In this document: positions 12,010-23,160 of the stretch, in pieces
Layout: every line of letters starts with the position of its first letter
How positions within the stretch are numbered: position 1 is the first letter of the stretch
DNA from: Vicugna vicugna
Taxonomy: Eukaryota
Direction of reading: 5' to 3'
DNA length: 64,000 nt
Assembly (NCBI GenBank): GCA_013265495.1
Contig: MU058781.1
Coordinates: forward strand, 11,451,009-11,515,008
Program-made: the position numbers and the translations under genes
The notes under the pieces: generated by a model
Seen by the model: the letters and a program-made list of their open reading frames with translations, nothing else
Databases searched by the model: none
Told to the model about the DNA's origin: nothing

Positions 12010-13045
12010 TTGTTTTTTAAAGTAACAGCTTTATTGGAAATAAAATTCACACACCACAAAATTTACCTATTTAAAGTGAACAATTCAATGTATATTAGTA
12101 TAGGCACAGAGTTTTGCAACCGTCACCAGAATTTTAGAATATTTCATCACTCAAACAAGAAACCCCATATCCATTAGCAGTCACTCCTCTTCTCCCCAAC
12201 CGTAGGCAGCCACTATTCCATGTTCTGTCTCTAGAGATTTGCCTTCTCTGGACATTTCATAGAAATGGAATCATACAATATGTGGTCCTTGTGACCAGCT
12301 TCTTTATTTAGCCTCATGTTTTCAAGGTTCTTCTGTGTAGTAGCTTGTTTCACTACTTAACTCTTATATTGCGTAACATTCCATTGTATGGATATTCCAT
12401 ATTTTGTTTATCCATTGATCAGTTGATGGACTTCTGTTTCTGCTCTTTGTTTATTAAGAATAAAATGCTATGAACATTTGTGTAAATGTTTTTGGGTAGA
12501 CTTACGTTTTCAGTTCTCTTGGGTGGAATTGCCAGGGCAAATGTTAACTCTTATCTTTAACCCTTTGAGAAACTGCCAGACTGTTTTACAAAGTGGCACC
12601 AGCCACATTCCAGCCAGCAGTGTATGGGGGCTCTAATTTCTGCACATCCTTGTTATTTTCTGTTTTTTTGACTACAGTCATCCTAGTGGGTGTGAGGTGG
12701 GTGTCTCATGGCGGTTTTAATATGCCTTTCCCTAATGATTAATGGTGATGAGCATCTTTTTGTGTGTTTTTGGCCATTCTTCTATCTTCCTTGGAGAAAT
12801 TTCTCTTCAGAGATTTTTGCCATTTTTTGGAGTTGGGTTACTTGTCTTTTATTACTGAGACTTAGGAGTTCTTTATTCCAGATGTGAGTCCCTTATCAAA
12901 TATACAATGTGAAAATATTTTCTCCCATTCTGTGGATTGTGGTTTTCACTTTCTTGATGGTGGTCTTTGCAATACAGAAGTTTTTAATTTTGTTGAAGTC
13001 CATTTTATTTTTTTTCTTTTGTTCCTTGTGCTTCTGGTATCTTAT
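12010..13045 (-). mobile_element. Old L1M (L1MB-like) 3' fragment
   Basis: ACAGCTTTATTG...GGACATTTCATAGAAATGGAATCATACAATATGTGG motifs. Confidence 0.85.
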
Positions 13046-13181
13046 CAATGAAACCACTGAAAAAATATTACACTCCTATAATAATCATGAAAAAACAGGA
13101 TGTTGAAGTAAAAAATGAAGTTTTCAGTTTCAGCTGCTATGAAATAGAATTGGTGGTACCTGGTCACAAGCTGAACAAATC

Positions 13182-14624
13182 CTATGACGCTGTGAGCTGT
13201 GGGTCTGTGTCAGGTCGTAGTGAGATGAGGCAAGAAATAGCAATGTGCCCTAGAGGAAGAAACACTTCTAGCTCAATTTTCTCTGCAACCTGGAAGGGGT
13301 AAAAATGGGAAAGATAATCAAAGGAAATTACTTTTTTAAAAGCTGTAACCATAACGTTCCTCGATGAAATTCAGATAAAACTTAGAACTCACTTGAGATT
13401 TAGCTTTGTTAACTGTGGAAAAAGTCCACTTAATTATGTTACAAGTAGCTTCTTTGGAGGCTGCTTCAAACACAATTTGTGGAGTGATGATGGTGGCACC
13501 TTGACTAAAAATACCTGCTGATCTTCCCTGTAGACAGTTAGATACATTATGTGGTATTTTCTTGGTTGAAATGCAGATACCACCACAGAGGTTTACATTT
13601 TTAATAAAATAACTCGTGCTGAAGGTTCTGGGCCAAACTCCTTCCTGAAGAAATAATCCAGATGGCTCCAAGGTTAACCTCCCAATCTAGGCAAACCAAC
13701 CCTTCTGCATTTATTCTGAGTTAAGAAATGATTACTCAAGTATATGTTTACATAGCCTAAATATATGACAATAAGATTGCCAGTAAAATATTTGACAATT
13801 GTTCTTCACTATTCTAAAAAGAACCAGCCTTCTCTTTCACGTTTGAAATCTATATTGTCTGAACACACATTCTCTTCTCTCACAAAATCTGGTGTTCTCA
13901 ACATCACCCCCCCACTCCCAGTCATCTTTATGTCCAGCAAGCATACTTGATTTTCCAGGAATTCCCAAATATTTTGTCCCTTCATGAATACAACTGTTCA
14001 TCAGACATGGGTTTCGAGTTTTGGTTATGTTTATGATTTACGGTTTAATAAGCATGATAAACATCTACACAGAGTAAGTATGCCTAGACTACCCAGGCCT
14101 AAAGAACTAGTTCTGATACTGTCCAGTTCGAGCCTAAAAGCAGCAGCATCAGGGGCCTAATTTGCAGATTGCAACTTTATAGGTTTACCATCTAAGATAA
14201 CTGATAATATGGGGTAATACAATTCCACAGCCCAATAGGGATTATTCACAGCACATGGTCTAGCACATACAGCCCTCCCATCCACAACAGAGTTATGTGG
14301 TTTCTAAACAAAAATGATATAAAAAGAGAAACTATATTTGTTCTGAGGCCTTTTCTTACCCTTTTGGAGGGGATCATAAGGAGATAGTTCATTTTTCTTC
14401 TAGTCTTACCCTAATTTCGTGTAGATCCAAACTATAGAGGTCAGTACTTATTTGTAAGCTGATAATTAAATATTTACTGAAGGCCTAAAGCAAGTTACAG
14501 CCTCAGAAAATAAGATTTGGCCAGGTAACTAGCATTGTCCTGCATCTGGAACACGGGTACGAACCAGAGGAAGAAGCAGAGGAGGACTTACTCCCCACCA
14601 TGGTTTTTCTTTATTGTTTAACAT
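13182..14624 (-). CDS. Candidate unannotated compact 6-exon gene or gene relic, 223 aa (exons 14624-14592, 14484-14410, 14303-14189, 13993-13947, 13686-13393, 13289-13182)
   Basis: GT/AG-bounded, phase-compatible open exons in repeat-free DNA; exon 5 corresponds to ORF-track entry 13336..13671. The acceptors of exons 4 and 5 are weak. No recognised homology. Confidence 0.35.
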
Positions 14625-14769
14625 GTTCTTCTTTCCCTACTTCCTTTCTTTCTCTCTCCTAACTCTCCTTTTTAATTTCCCACTTCTCAGGGTGTGTGTG
14701 TATAAAATCCTATGGGCAAATATATCCATAAGCATACAGAGTACCAGTACACTTTTTCATTTGAACACT

Positions 14770-15220
14770 GCATTCATTATTTCTGCATAACAAATTATGC
14801 CAAGACTTAGCAGTTTAAAACAACACACATGTATTATACTATAATTTCTGTGGGTCAGGAATTCAGGAGCAGCTTAACTGGGTGATTTGAACTCAGTTAA
14901 GATGTTGACCAAGGCTGCAGTCATCTGAAGGCTTGACTTACATGACTGTTGGCAGAAGGCTCAGTCTCCCAACATGGACTTCTCCACAGGGCATCTTGAA
15001 TGTCCTCAGAAAATGGTAGGCGGCCTCCTCCAGAGTGATTTCAGAGAGAGGGAGAGGGAAGCTATGGTGTCTTTCATGACCTAGGCTTGGAAGTCATACT
15101 CCATCACTTCCACATTGGTTGTTACAAGTCAGCCCTTATTCAGTGTGACAAGAAACTGCACAAGAATGTGAAAACCAAGAGATGGGGATCACCAGCACCA
15201 TCTTGGACGCTGGCTATCAT
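14770..15220 (-). mobile_element. MLT1 (MaLR) LTR
   Basis: Reverse-oriented MLT1 3' end (CATAACAAATTATGCCAAGACTTAGCAGTTTAAAACAAC) and GGCTGCAGTCATCTGAAGGCTTGACT. Confidence 0.8.
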
Positions 15221-15337
15221 AAACATTGTCTGTGTTGTGACCAAAACAGGTAGGAGCCACAAAGACATCTAGTTCTATCACAGTCAGGATAGACTAGGCC
15301 AAGGTCAACACATTTTCTCTTAAAGAGTGATAGTAGC

Positions 15338-15462
15338 GGGGAGGGTATAGCTCAAGTAGTAGAGTACATGCTTAGCATACACAAGGTCCTGGGTTCAATC
15401 TCCAGTATCTCCTCTAAAAATAAGTAAGTAAACCTAATTACCTCCCACTCAAAAGAAAAAAA
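15338..15462 (+). mobile_element. Full-length tRNA-derived SINE (camelid type)
   Basis: GGGGAGGGTATAGCTCAAGTAGTAGAG (A box), GGTTCAATCTCC (B box), AAACCTAATTACCTCCC and an A-rich tail. Confidence 0.9.
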
Positions 15463-15484
15463 TTGGCAAGAAAACGATAGTAAA

Positions 15485-15663
15485 TTTTTTTTTGAGTAAA
15501 GGTAGATTTATTTAGAGATATACATAGTGTAGGCTGTCTCAGACGCCAAGAGAAAGGCATGAGGTGTCGGGGTTGGGTGCTTAAGTTAAAGTAAAAGTAG
15601 ATACACACTCCACAGACAGAGTGCGGGCTGTCTCCAAGGATGAGGGAGTGAGAGCAGCCAAAA
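15485..15663 (-). mobile_element. Poly(A)-tailed retrocopy of an ERV-LTR-like R-region fragment
   Basis: On the - strand, AATAAA (15512-15507) lies 13 nt before an A9 tail (15493-15485). Flanked by the direct repeat GATAGTAAAT (15476-15485 / 15664-15673). Confidence 0.65.
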
Positions 15664-16179
15664 GATAGTAAATATTTTTGACTTGAAGGCCACATGGTCT
15701 CTGTTGCAATTATTCAACTCAACTGTAGCATGAAAGCAGCCATAGACAATATGTAAACAAACATAAACAAACGTGCATGGCTGTGTTCCAATTAAGATTT
15801 TATCAAAATTTTAATAAAACAGCTGGCCTGCAGGCTGTAGTTTGCTGACCCTGGACAACAGTAATTTATACTCAGTGGCTTAAACAACAGTGGTTTATCT
15901 ATCACACTATATTTCTATTGCAGGTCTACAGGGAGAATGCTCATCATGGACTTTTGGGAATAGAATTACAGAGCATCACATGCTTCTGTGATCACTGAAG
16001 CAGAAAACAGGAATGTGGCAAACCTCTCACTGGCTTTTTTAAAAACAGCTTTATTATGGTATGATTCATGTACAGTAAACTACACATATTTCAGATCTGA
16101 TGAATTTTGATAGATGTATACACCAATGAAACCACCACCACAATCAAGAAAGCTAACATTTCCATCAATCCCTAGGACG

Positions 16180-16440
16180 TGCAAATTTCAAATTCCCAAT
16201 TTATCCCTTCCCACCCTCTTTACCCACTGGTAACCATAAGTTTGTTCTCTGTCTGTGAGTCTGTTTCTGTTTTGTAGATAAGTTCTTTGGGTCCTTTTTT
16301 TTTAGGTTCTACATATAAGTGATATCTTATGGTATTTTTTTCTCTTTCTGACTTATTTCACTTAGAATGACAATCTCTGTGTCCATCCATATTGCTGCAA
16401 ATGGCAGTATTTCTTTTTTATGGCTGAGTAGTATTCCATT

Positions 16441-16482
<42 letters not shown>

Positions 16483-16562
16483 CTTCTTTATCCACTCATT
16501 TGTCGATGGACATTTGGGTTATTTCCATGTCTTGGCTATTGTAAATAGTGCTGCTGTGAACA
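16180..16562 (-). mobile_element. L1 3' fragment with a (CA)n microsatellite at about 16446-16480
   Basis: CCCAATTTATCCCTTCCC...GGTAACCATAAGTTTGTT...TCTGACTTATTTCACTTAG motifs. Confidence 0.85.
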
Positions 16563-17899
16563 TAATCCCTTATTGACTTTAAAAGTTTCCACCTGGAAGT
16601 GACATCACTCCCACTCTCATTTCTTTGGCCAATAAGTCACATGGCTACCCCTAACTTTCTGGGATTGAGGCAGTACAAACCTACCAGGTGCCCAGAAGAG
16701 TGGTGAAGCTTGTTCTGCCACTAGACCTCTTTCCATTTTAATTGAAAATGACACTGTTAGCAATGTAAGAGCCCACTGTTAGCAATAGTGTGGAAATTCT
16801 AGACTATAACATCTGTTTTTAAATCACATTTTGTTACTTTGTTTTTTCCCAAACCACTCTTGCCTCTGTTGATTCAACTCTGGTGGATCTGTCTATCACC
16901 ATTGCTTTCAGCAAACATTTACGCTACATAACTTGTTTTTTTCCTTAGTGTAGAAGAATAAGCATTTCTTCTGCCTGAAATGGAATGTCCCCAATTCAGC
17001 TTCCAATTCAAAGAGAGGCCTCCTACTGTTTACAGAAAAAATATATATAAGCTGTTATCTACCTCCTTTGCAAATAGTAGGGGAGTTGATCCATTATAAA
17101 TACTTATCAAATATCTACTACATATGCATTCTATGCTATGTGTTTTGAAGGATAGAGAAAAATAAATGCCTGTCCCCAAAAAGTTTTTAATAGTTAACCA
17201 ACATGTTAATAAACATCTGAAACAAGAATGAACAATACTAGGCTGCATAATTAAGAGCTGAATTGTGAATGACAGGTACTGAGTTGGAGAATAGTAAAAT
17301 TAAAGGGAAGTCAAAGAAAGCTGGATTAAACAGATGGAATTCATGGAGGAAGGATGCTCAAGTTAGCTGCAAAAGTTGGAAGAATCTCACTAGGCTTAGG
17401 TAGAAGACGAGAGGGAAGAAAAAGAGGAAGCTTCTGGAAAAGAAACACATAACTGAGGGCATGAAGATAGATGCTAGTCTGGTATATTCATGAGACAGTA
17501 AAGCAATCAACCTAAATATGGTGGAAGATGCTCATTTAGAAAGAGCATAAAATAATTTTTAAAAAATACAAACTGTGGTTCAAAATAGCAACCTAAGCAC
17601 AAGCATTTGTCTCCCCTCCCTTACAATACACAATTTTAAAGAAGAGTAAATAAACTTTTTAATGAATAAAGCCATAAAAGCTAAGAGAAATGGGAACAGG
17701 ACAATAAGCAGACAATAACTTGAACTAAATACTGATGAACTGATGCCACGGTGAGTGGCAGCAGCCCACTTAAAGTCCTCCTCTCTCTGGCTCCCTGTCT
17801 AGAAGCCTCCCTATTTAGCAAACTCTGCTTATGAACACAGAACTTCCTGCCAACCTCTTCTGTTTTATGGCAATTAAATAGCAGGAAAACAGCCTGATA

Positions 17900-20110
17900 C
17901 ATAACAGTAGAGGAAACAAATCAAGAAAAAAATCAGCCTATTTCCTCTTTTTCAAATATAAAAAAAGCACACCCACATCACTGGACACACAAGGGAAATC
18001 AGCTACATAACAGAAAAAAAACAAAAGAAGCAAAAATAAAATCTGACTGCACAAAAACCAATCTGGGTAACAAAAAACGATTTTTTCAAACCTCAAATTA
18101 ATATTCTCAGAGATATACGAGAAGACAACAAATACCTAATGTAAAAAAAACAGGGTGCTGTAAATAAGAAACAACTGGAAAACAAGAAAGTCAAGAAAGA
18201 TCACTTGGAAATTTAAAATATGCTTGCCAAACTTAAATTTTTTTCTAGAAATGTGAAAATATGACATTGGAAAAAAGAGAAAGATAAAAAATAAAGTGAA
18301 AATATAAGAGACCTAGAGGTCCAATCCAGGTCCAAGATCTAACCTTTCTTTCCAGAAAGAAAGCTCAAAAAAAGTGCAGCAATAGAAGTTGTTATAGAAA
18401 TCACTGAAGAAAATATGTCCAAGCTAAGATAGCCATGAATCTTCAGATTGAAAGGGTATACTAAAAGATAAGCAAAATAATATTAGATGTACTAAGGAAA
18501 AGAGAAAATCCAGAAATCACTCAGAGAAGGGGGAAAATAGGTCACCTTCAAAGGAAAAAATTTAGACTGACAATAGGCCATCTGCAATTATCAGGTATCA
18601 GAAAACAATAGAATCTTTTAAAAAATGTTAACTGCTAAAACAATTGGATGTCTATATGGGGGTAAAAGGAATCTTGGCCCCTCAATCATATCATACACAG
18701 AAACTGAGACGAATTCTTGCTCTAAATGTAGTAACTAAAATAAAAACATAGAAGAAAACATAGGAGAATATCTTCATGACTTGGGGATAGGAAGGACATT
18801 GAAAACAAAAAAAAATCATTTAAGAAAGAACTGATAAATTAAATCCATCAACTTTTAAAACTTCTGCTTATCCAAAGACATTGTTAAGAAAATGAATAGT
18901 CAAGCCAAAGACTGGGAAAAAAATATTTCCAAAACACATATTTGACAAAGGTGTAGAATCCAGAGTATAAAGAACCCCTACAATTCGTAAAAAGATAATC
19001 CATGTTTTTAAATGAACAAAGATTTGCTTAGACACTACCTAAAAGAAAATACATAAATTGCACATGAAAAAGTGCTCAAAAATCATTAGACATTAGGGAA
19101 TGAAAACTAAAATCAAAATGAAACGCCACAGCATACTCACCAATATGGCTGAAATTGAAGACTAACAAAAACAAATGTTGGCAAGGATTGTGGAGCAACT
19201 GGAACTCTCATATATTGTTGGAAGACTATAAAATGGTATGTATGACTCCTTTGAAAAAAATATCTAGCAGGTCCTTGCAAAACGAAACCTACAGCTAGTC
19301 TTTGACTTAGCAACTCCACTCCTAGATATTTGTCCAAGAAAGATGGAAACAATGCCCACAAAAAGATATGTACAAGATTGTGTATAACATCTTTATTTAT
19401 AATAGCTTAAACAGCCCCCATGTGTCCATCAATAGGAGAATGGAAAAAAACAACTGTGGTATATTCATTCATACAATGGAATAGATACAGACTACAACAT
19501 GGATGAATATCAAAAACATTATGTTGAATAAAGGAATCCTTACACAAAAGACTGAATACTGTATGAATCCATCTATATGAAGTCCTAAAATAGGCGTAAT
19601 TAATCTATGATGAAAAAAAATCAGATTAATGGTTGTCTCTGTAAGGGGTAGATAGGGACATGAAGGAACATCTAATGTTGGGTTGCTGTGTCAAAACTCA
19701 TTGAATGGTATCCTTAAAAATTTTGCATTTTGTTGCATAGAAATTTTAGCTCAAATTAAAAAATTATAAACAAATATTGAAATCTAGGTAGTGATATGAA
19801 AGGTGTTTGGGAGTAAAGTGTAGTAATGTCTGCAACTATTCTGAAATATGTCAAAAATAAAGTGGATCGATAGATGAATAGAGGTGTGAATAAATGGATA
19901 GATATTTGATAATGCAAATATGTTAACTGTAGAATCTAGGTGATATAGATACACGGGTGTTCACAAAAATTTCTTTCAAATTTTTTGTACTTTTGAGCTT
20001 CTTTGTAATAAAGTGTTGGGGGAAAAGAAAACAGTGAAATATTCCTTTAAACATTTTGGAGGAAAATTATCTTAAACCTAGAATTTTAGGTAGAGTTAAA
20101 CTATCAATCA
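17900..20110 (+). mobile_element. Decayed old L1M fragments (ORF1/ORF2/3'UTR pieces)
   Basis: A-rich sequence with GAAGAAAACATAGGAGAATATCTTCATGACTTGGGGATAGG and GGATTGTGGAGCAACTGGAACTCTCATAT motifs. Confidence 0.8.
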
Positions 20111-20649
20111 AGCTATGAATAAAGCTATTTTCAGTTTTGCATGGAATAATGTGTTTTTCATCTACCAAAGATCTCTTAGGGCACCATCCTTTCCTATTTT
20201 TAGTCACTGTGGTTCAAGTAGGGTCATTCCACCTCTCATGTTAGGGGTTGGCATGTGACCCAGGTTTGGCCACGTGAGTTTATTTCATGACCCTGGTCAC
20301 CGTGACTGGTTCAGAGATGAGCCAAGCAAGGTCTATCAGAGATTTCCTTAGGTATTTTGCTGGAACTGTCAGGAAAGTCATTTTTATTTTTGCTAGGATC
20401 ACAATCTATGAGGAGGGTGAGCCTAGAGAGATGCTGGAACCTATTTTTGCTGGCACATGAGGTTAGCTTGCTTGAGAATGAACCTGACAATAGAGGAAAG
20501 TAAACTTAGAGTATGCAGAGAAAAAAACAAGGCAGTGTTGACACTGTTTGAGCTCCTGGATTTATTTTGGACCGTGATTCCCTCTTTTCTTATATTAGTT
20601 ACAGTGTGGAAAATATTAATGATATAGTGAGGAAGTCATATTTTTCCCT

Positions 20650-21098
20650 TATAGTGGGTTGGATAGTTTCCCCTCAAAATTCATGTCCACGTGGAACCTC
20701 AGAATGTCACCTTATTTGGATATAGGGTCTTTGCAGGTGCAATTAGTTAAGGATCTCAAGATGAAATCATCCTAGATTTAGGGTGATTCCCAAATTCAAT
20801 GGCCAGTGTCCTTAGAAGAAGAGGAAGAAACATACACAGAATCCCAGGGATGAAGGCCACAGAAGATGGAAGCAGAGATGGGAATAATGAAGCTACAAGT
20901 CAAGAAATGCTAAGGATTGCCGGTGCCACAAGAGCTAGACAGCAGCAAGAAAAGTCTTCTTCTCTAGAGCCCAGAGAGAGCATGGTCTTATCAACACCTT
21001 GATTTCAGATTTCTATAACTATGAGAGAATAAATTCATGTTGTTTTAAGCCAACCAGTTTGTGGTAATTTGTTATGGCAGCCCTAGTAAACCAATATA
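20650..21098 (+). mobile_element. MLT1 (MaLR) LTR
   Basis: AAAATTCATGTCCAC...GAACCTCAGAATGTCACCTTATTTGG...AATAAATTCATGTTGTTTTAAGCC. Confidence 0.85.
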
Positions 21099-21589
21099 TC
21101 TCTCAACAAGAAAAAAAATTAGAAACTATAAAAATAATTAGAAAATGTCCAAATATGAAGCAAACTAAAATGTGGCAAGATTTTTGAGCAACTGCTGAAT
21201 ATATTTATATGCATGGTAAGAGCACTTTGTTTTGAATGGCCCAGGGACTGGGGGGAAACTGTACTCCTAGCACAGTATTTGGCTCTACAGTGAACACTAT
21301 TTACATAGGGATAATAATGCAAGCCCTATGTATTGACATTACACTTTTAGAATAAAACTATAAATATATAGTTCTTAAATACTGTCATGCATAGAAAGGC
21401 TAGCATCCTTGACGATGTGAAACTAAAGATACAGCTGACAAAGGTTGAAAAGTGGAAGGAGAAAGAGAGCTGGAAGGAAAAGTAAGAACAGTAATAATCT
21501 CATTTTACTTGGGAATTAAATACTTTCAAATGTTGACAGCACGAAAAAAGTTCAGAAAAACTGGGAATAACTCATAGCTATCAAAAATT

Positions 21590-21867
21590 GGGAAGAGGGA
21601 GTAGGGGAGGAATAAATTAGAGGAGTTCAGGATTAGCAAATACAAACTACTACATATAAAATACATAAAAAACAAGACTCTACTGTATAGCACAGGAAAC
21701 AATATTCAATGTCCTATAATAAACCATAATAAAAAAGAAAAATAATATATATATACACACACGTATATATATATGCATATATATATATGCATAACTGAAT
21801 CACTTTACTGTATACCAGAAACTAACACAACGGTGTAAATCTACTAAACGTCAATTAAAAAAAAAAT
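21590..21867 (+). mobile_element. L1 3' end
   Basis: ATAAATTAG...ACTACTACATATAAAATA...ACTGAATCACTTTACTGTATACCAGAAACTAACACAAC followed by poly(A). Confidence 0.85.
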
Positions 21868-22247
21868 AATGGGAAGAAGGATGAGGCAAGATGGTATAGG
21901 GGTAGTGTTTCTGAGCCTAATTTTCATAAATGGTAGACTGTCCAAATTAATAAATTAATGAAGAGATGCAGTTTAAAAATACATGTATAATAATATTATT
22001 TAGAATTATGGAGTCAACCTCTGTGGCAAATAAAAAGAGATACAGTTCAAAGTAATTTACTCAAGCATTTGCTAGATTAAACTACATGAAAGCTACATCT
22101 GGGCAATGGACCTGGGGTTAGGAAAGAGGGCCATTCCTTTTGATTATTAGCATTTATATTTCCTATGTATGTGAATCGTTTTGATAAAAATACTAAAAGA
22201 AAAAATAAGGTGAATCAGATTATAGAGGACTTCTAAAGACTAGGCAG

Positions 22248-22389
22248 GAAGTTGGGAGCATATAGCTCAGTGGTTGAGTGTGTACCTAGCATGCCTGAGG
22301 TCCTGGGTTCAATCCTCACTACTGCCATTAAAAATAATAATAATAAATAAATAAATCTGATCACCCGCTCCCCTGGAAAAAAAAAAAAA
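22248..22389 (+). mobile_element. tRNA-derived SINE with a 13-bp TSD
   Basis: TATAGCTCAGTGGTTGAG...GGTTCAATCC; TSD AAAGACTAGGCAG at 22235-22247 and 22387-22399. Confidence 0.9.
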
Positions 22390-22546
22390 GACTAGGCAGA
22401 GAAATATAGACTTGATTAAGGCCTGAGAATGGCACTGTGAATGCTGCTAGAGAAATAGGTGTAGACATTTAATAGGAAAAGTCTACAAGACTAAATGTTA
22501 TAGAAGGTAAGTAAAGAGGACAACAAAGTTTTATGGTCTGAGTGAC

Positions 22547-23160
22547 TATAATGGGTTAAACTATGTCCCCCTCACCCCTCCAGTTCGTATGTTTAAGTCC
22601 TAACTCCTAGCACACCTCAGAATGTGACTGTTTTTACAGATAAAGCCTTTAAAGATGTAACTAAGGTTCAATGAGATCATTAGGGTGGGCCCTAAACCAA
22701 TATGACTAATGTCCTTATAAAAAGAGGGACAAATATAATAATGTGTCCATGTTGGTTCATCGATTGTACTAAATATGCCACACTGATGAGGGATGTTGAG
22801 GGTAAGCGAGCATGTATATGTGGGAGGAGGGCTATCTGGGAACTCTTTCTGCTCAATTCTGCTGTAAACCTGAAACTGCTCTAAAAAAAAATTAAGTCTA
22901 TTATTAAAAAAGAAAAAAAAAAAGGGACAGACACTAGGGATGGGTGTGACTAGAGAAAAGACCATAGGAAGACAAAGCAAGAAGGCAGCCATCTGCAAGC
23001 CAGGGAAGAGAAATCTCAAGAGAAACCAAACCTGTCAACATCTTTATCTTGGACTTCTAGCCTTCAGAGCTGTAAGAAAATAAATTTCTTCTGCTTCAGA
23101 CAACTTAAATTTCTGTTGCTTTTATTGTATTTTGTTATGGCAGCCCTAACAAACTAACAC
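22547..23160 (+). mobile_element. MLT1A/B-like LTR interrupted by an L1 3' fragment (about 22732-22920)
   Basis: GGGTGGGCCCTAAACCAATATGACT and GGCAGCCATCTGCAAGCCAGG motifs; near-repeat AAAAG(A)GGGACA flanks the insert. Confidence 0.8.

Larger units (their letters stand above)
15298..15853. mobile_element. MER58-like hAT element split by two nested retro-insertions
   Basis: GATAGTAAATATTTT...GGCCACATGGTCTCTGTTGCAA...GGCTGTAGTTTGCTGACCCTG; the left arm is at about 15298-15335. Confidence 0.75.

Noticed and set aside
13182..14303. Faint resemblance of the candidate gene peptide to C6orf62 (VNNP, VFLP/LYLP motifs, similar length)
   Set aside because: The matches are short and not all colinear, and the exon structures differ; paralogy cannot be supported without a profile search.
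14304..14359. Strong - strand donor AGG|GTAAGA at 14359
   Set aside because: It would create a 56-nt intron to the 14304 acceptor, below the usual mammalian minimum; the 14409 donor was preferred.
15338..15420. tRNA-like sequences here and at about 6015, 22254 and 60897
   Set aside because: Each is followed by a SINE body and A-rich tail, and at least one has a clear TSD; these are tRNA-derived SINEs, not tRNA genes.
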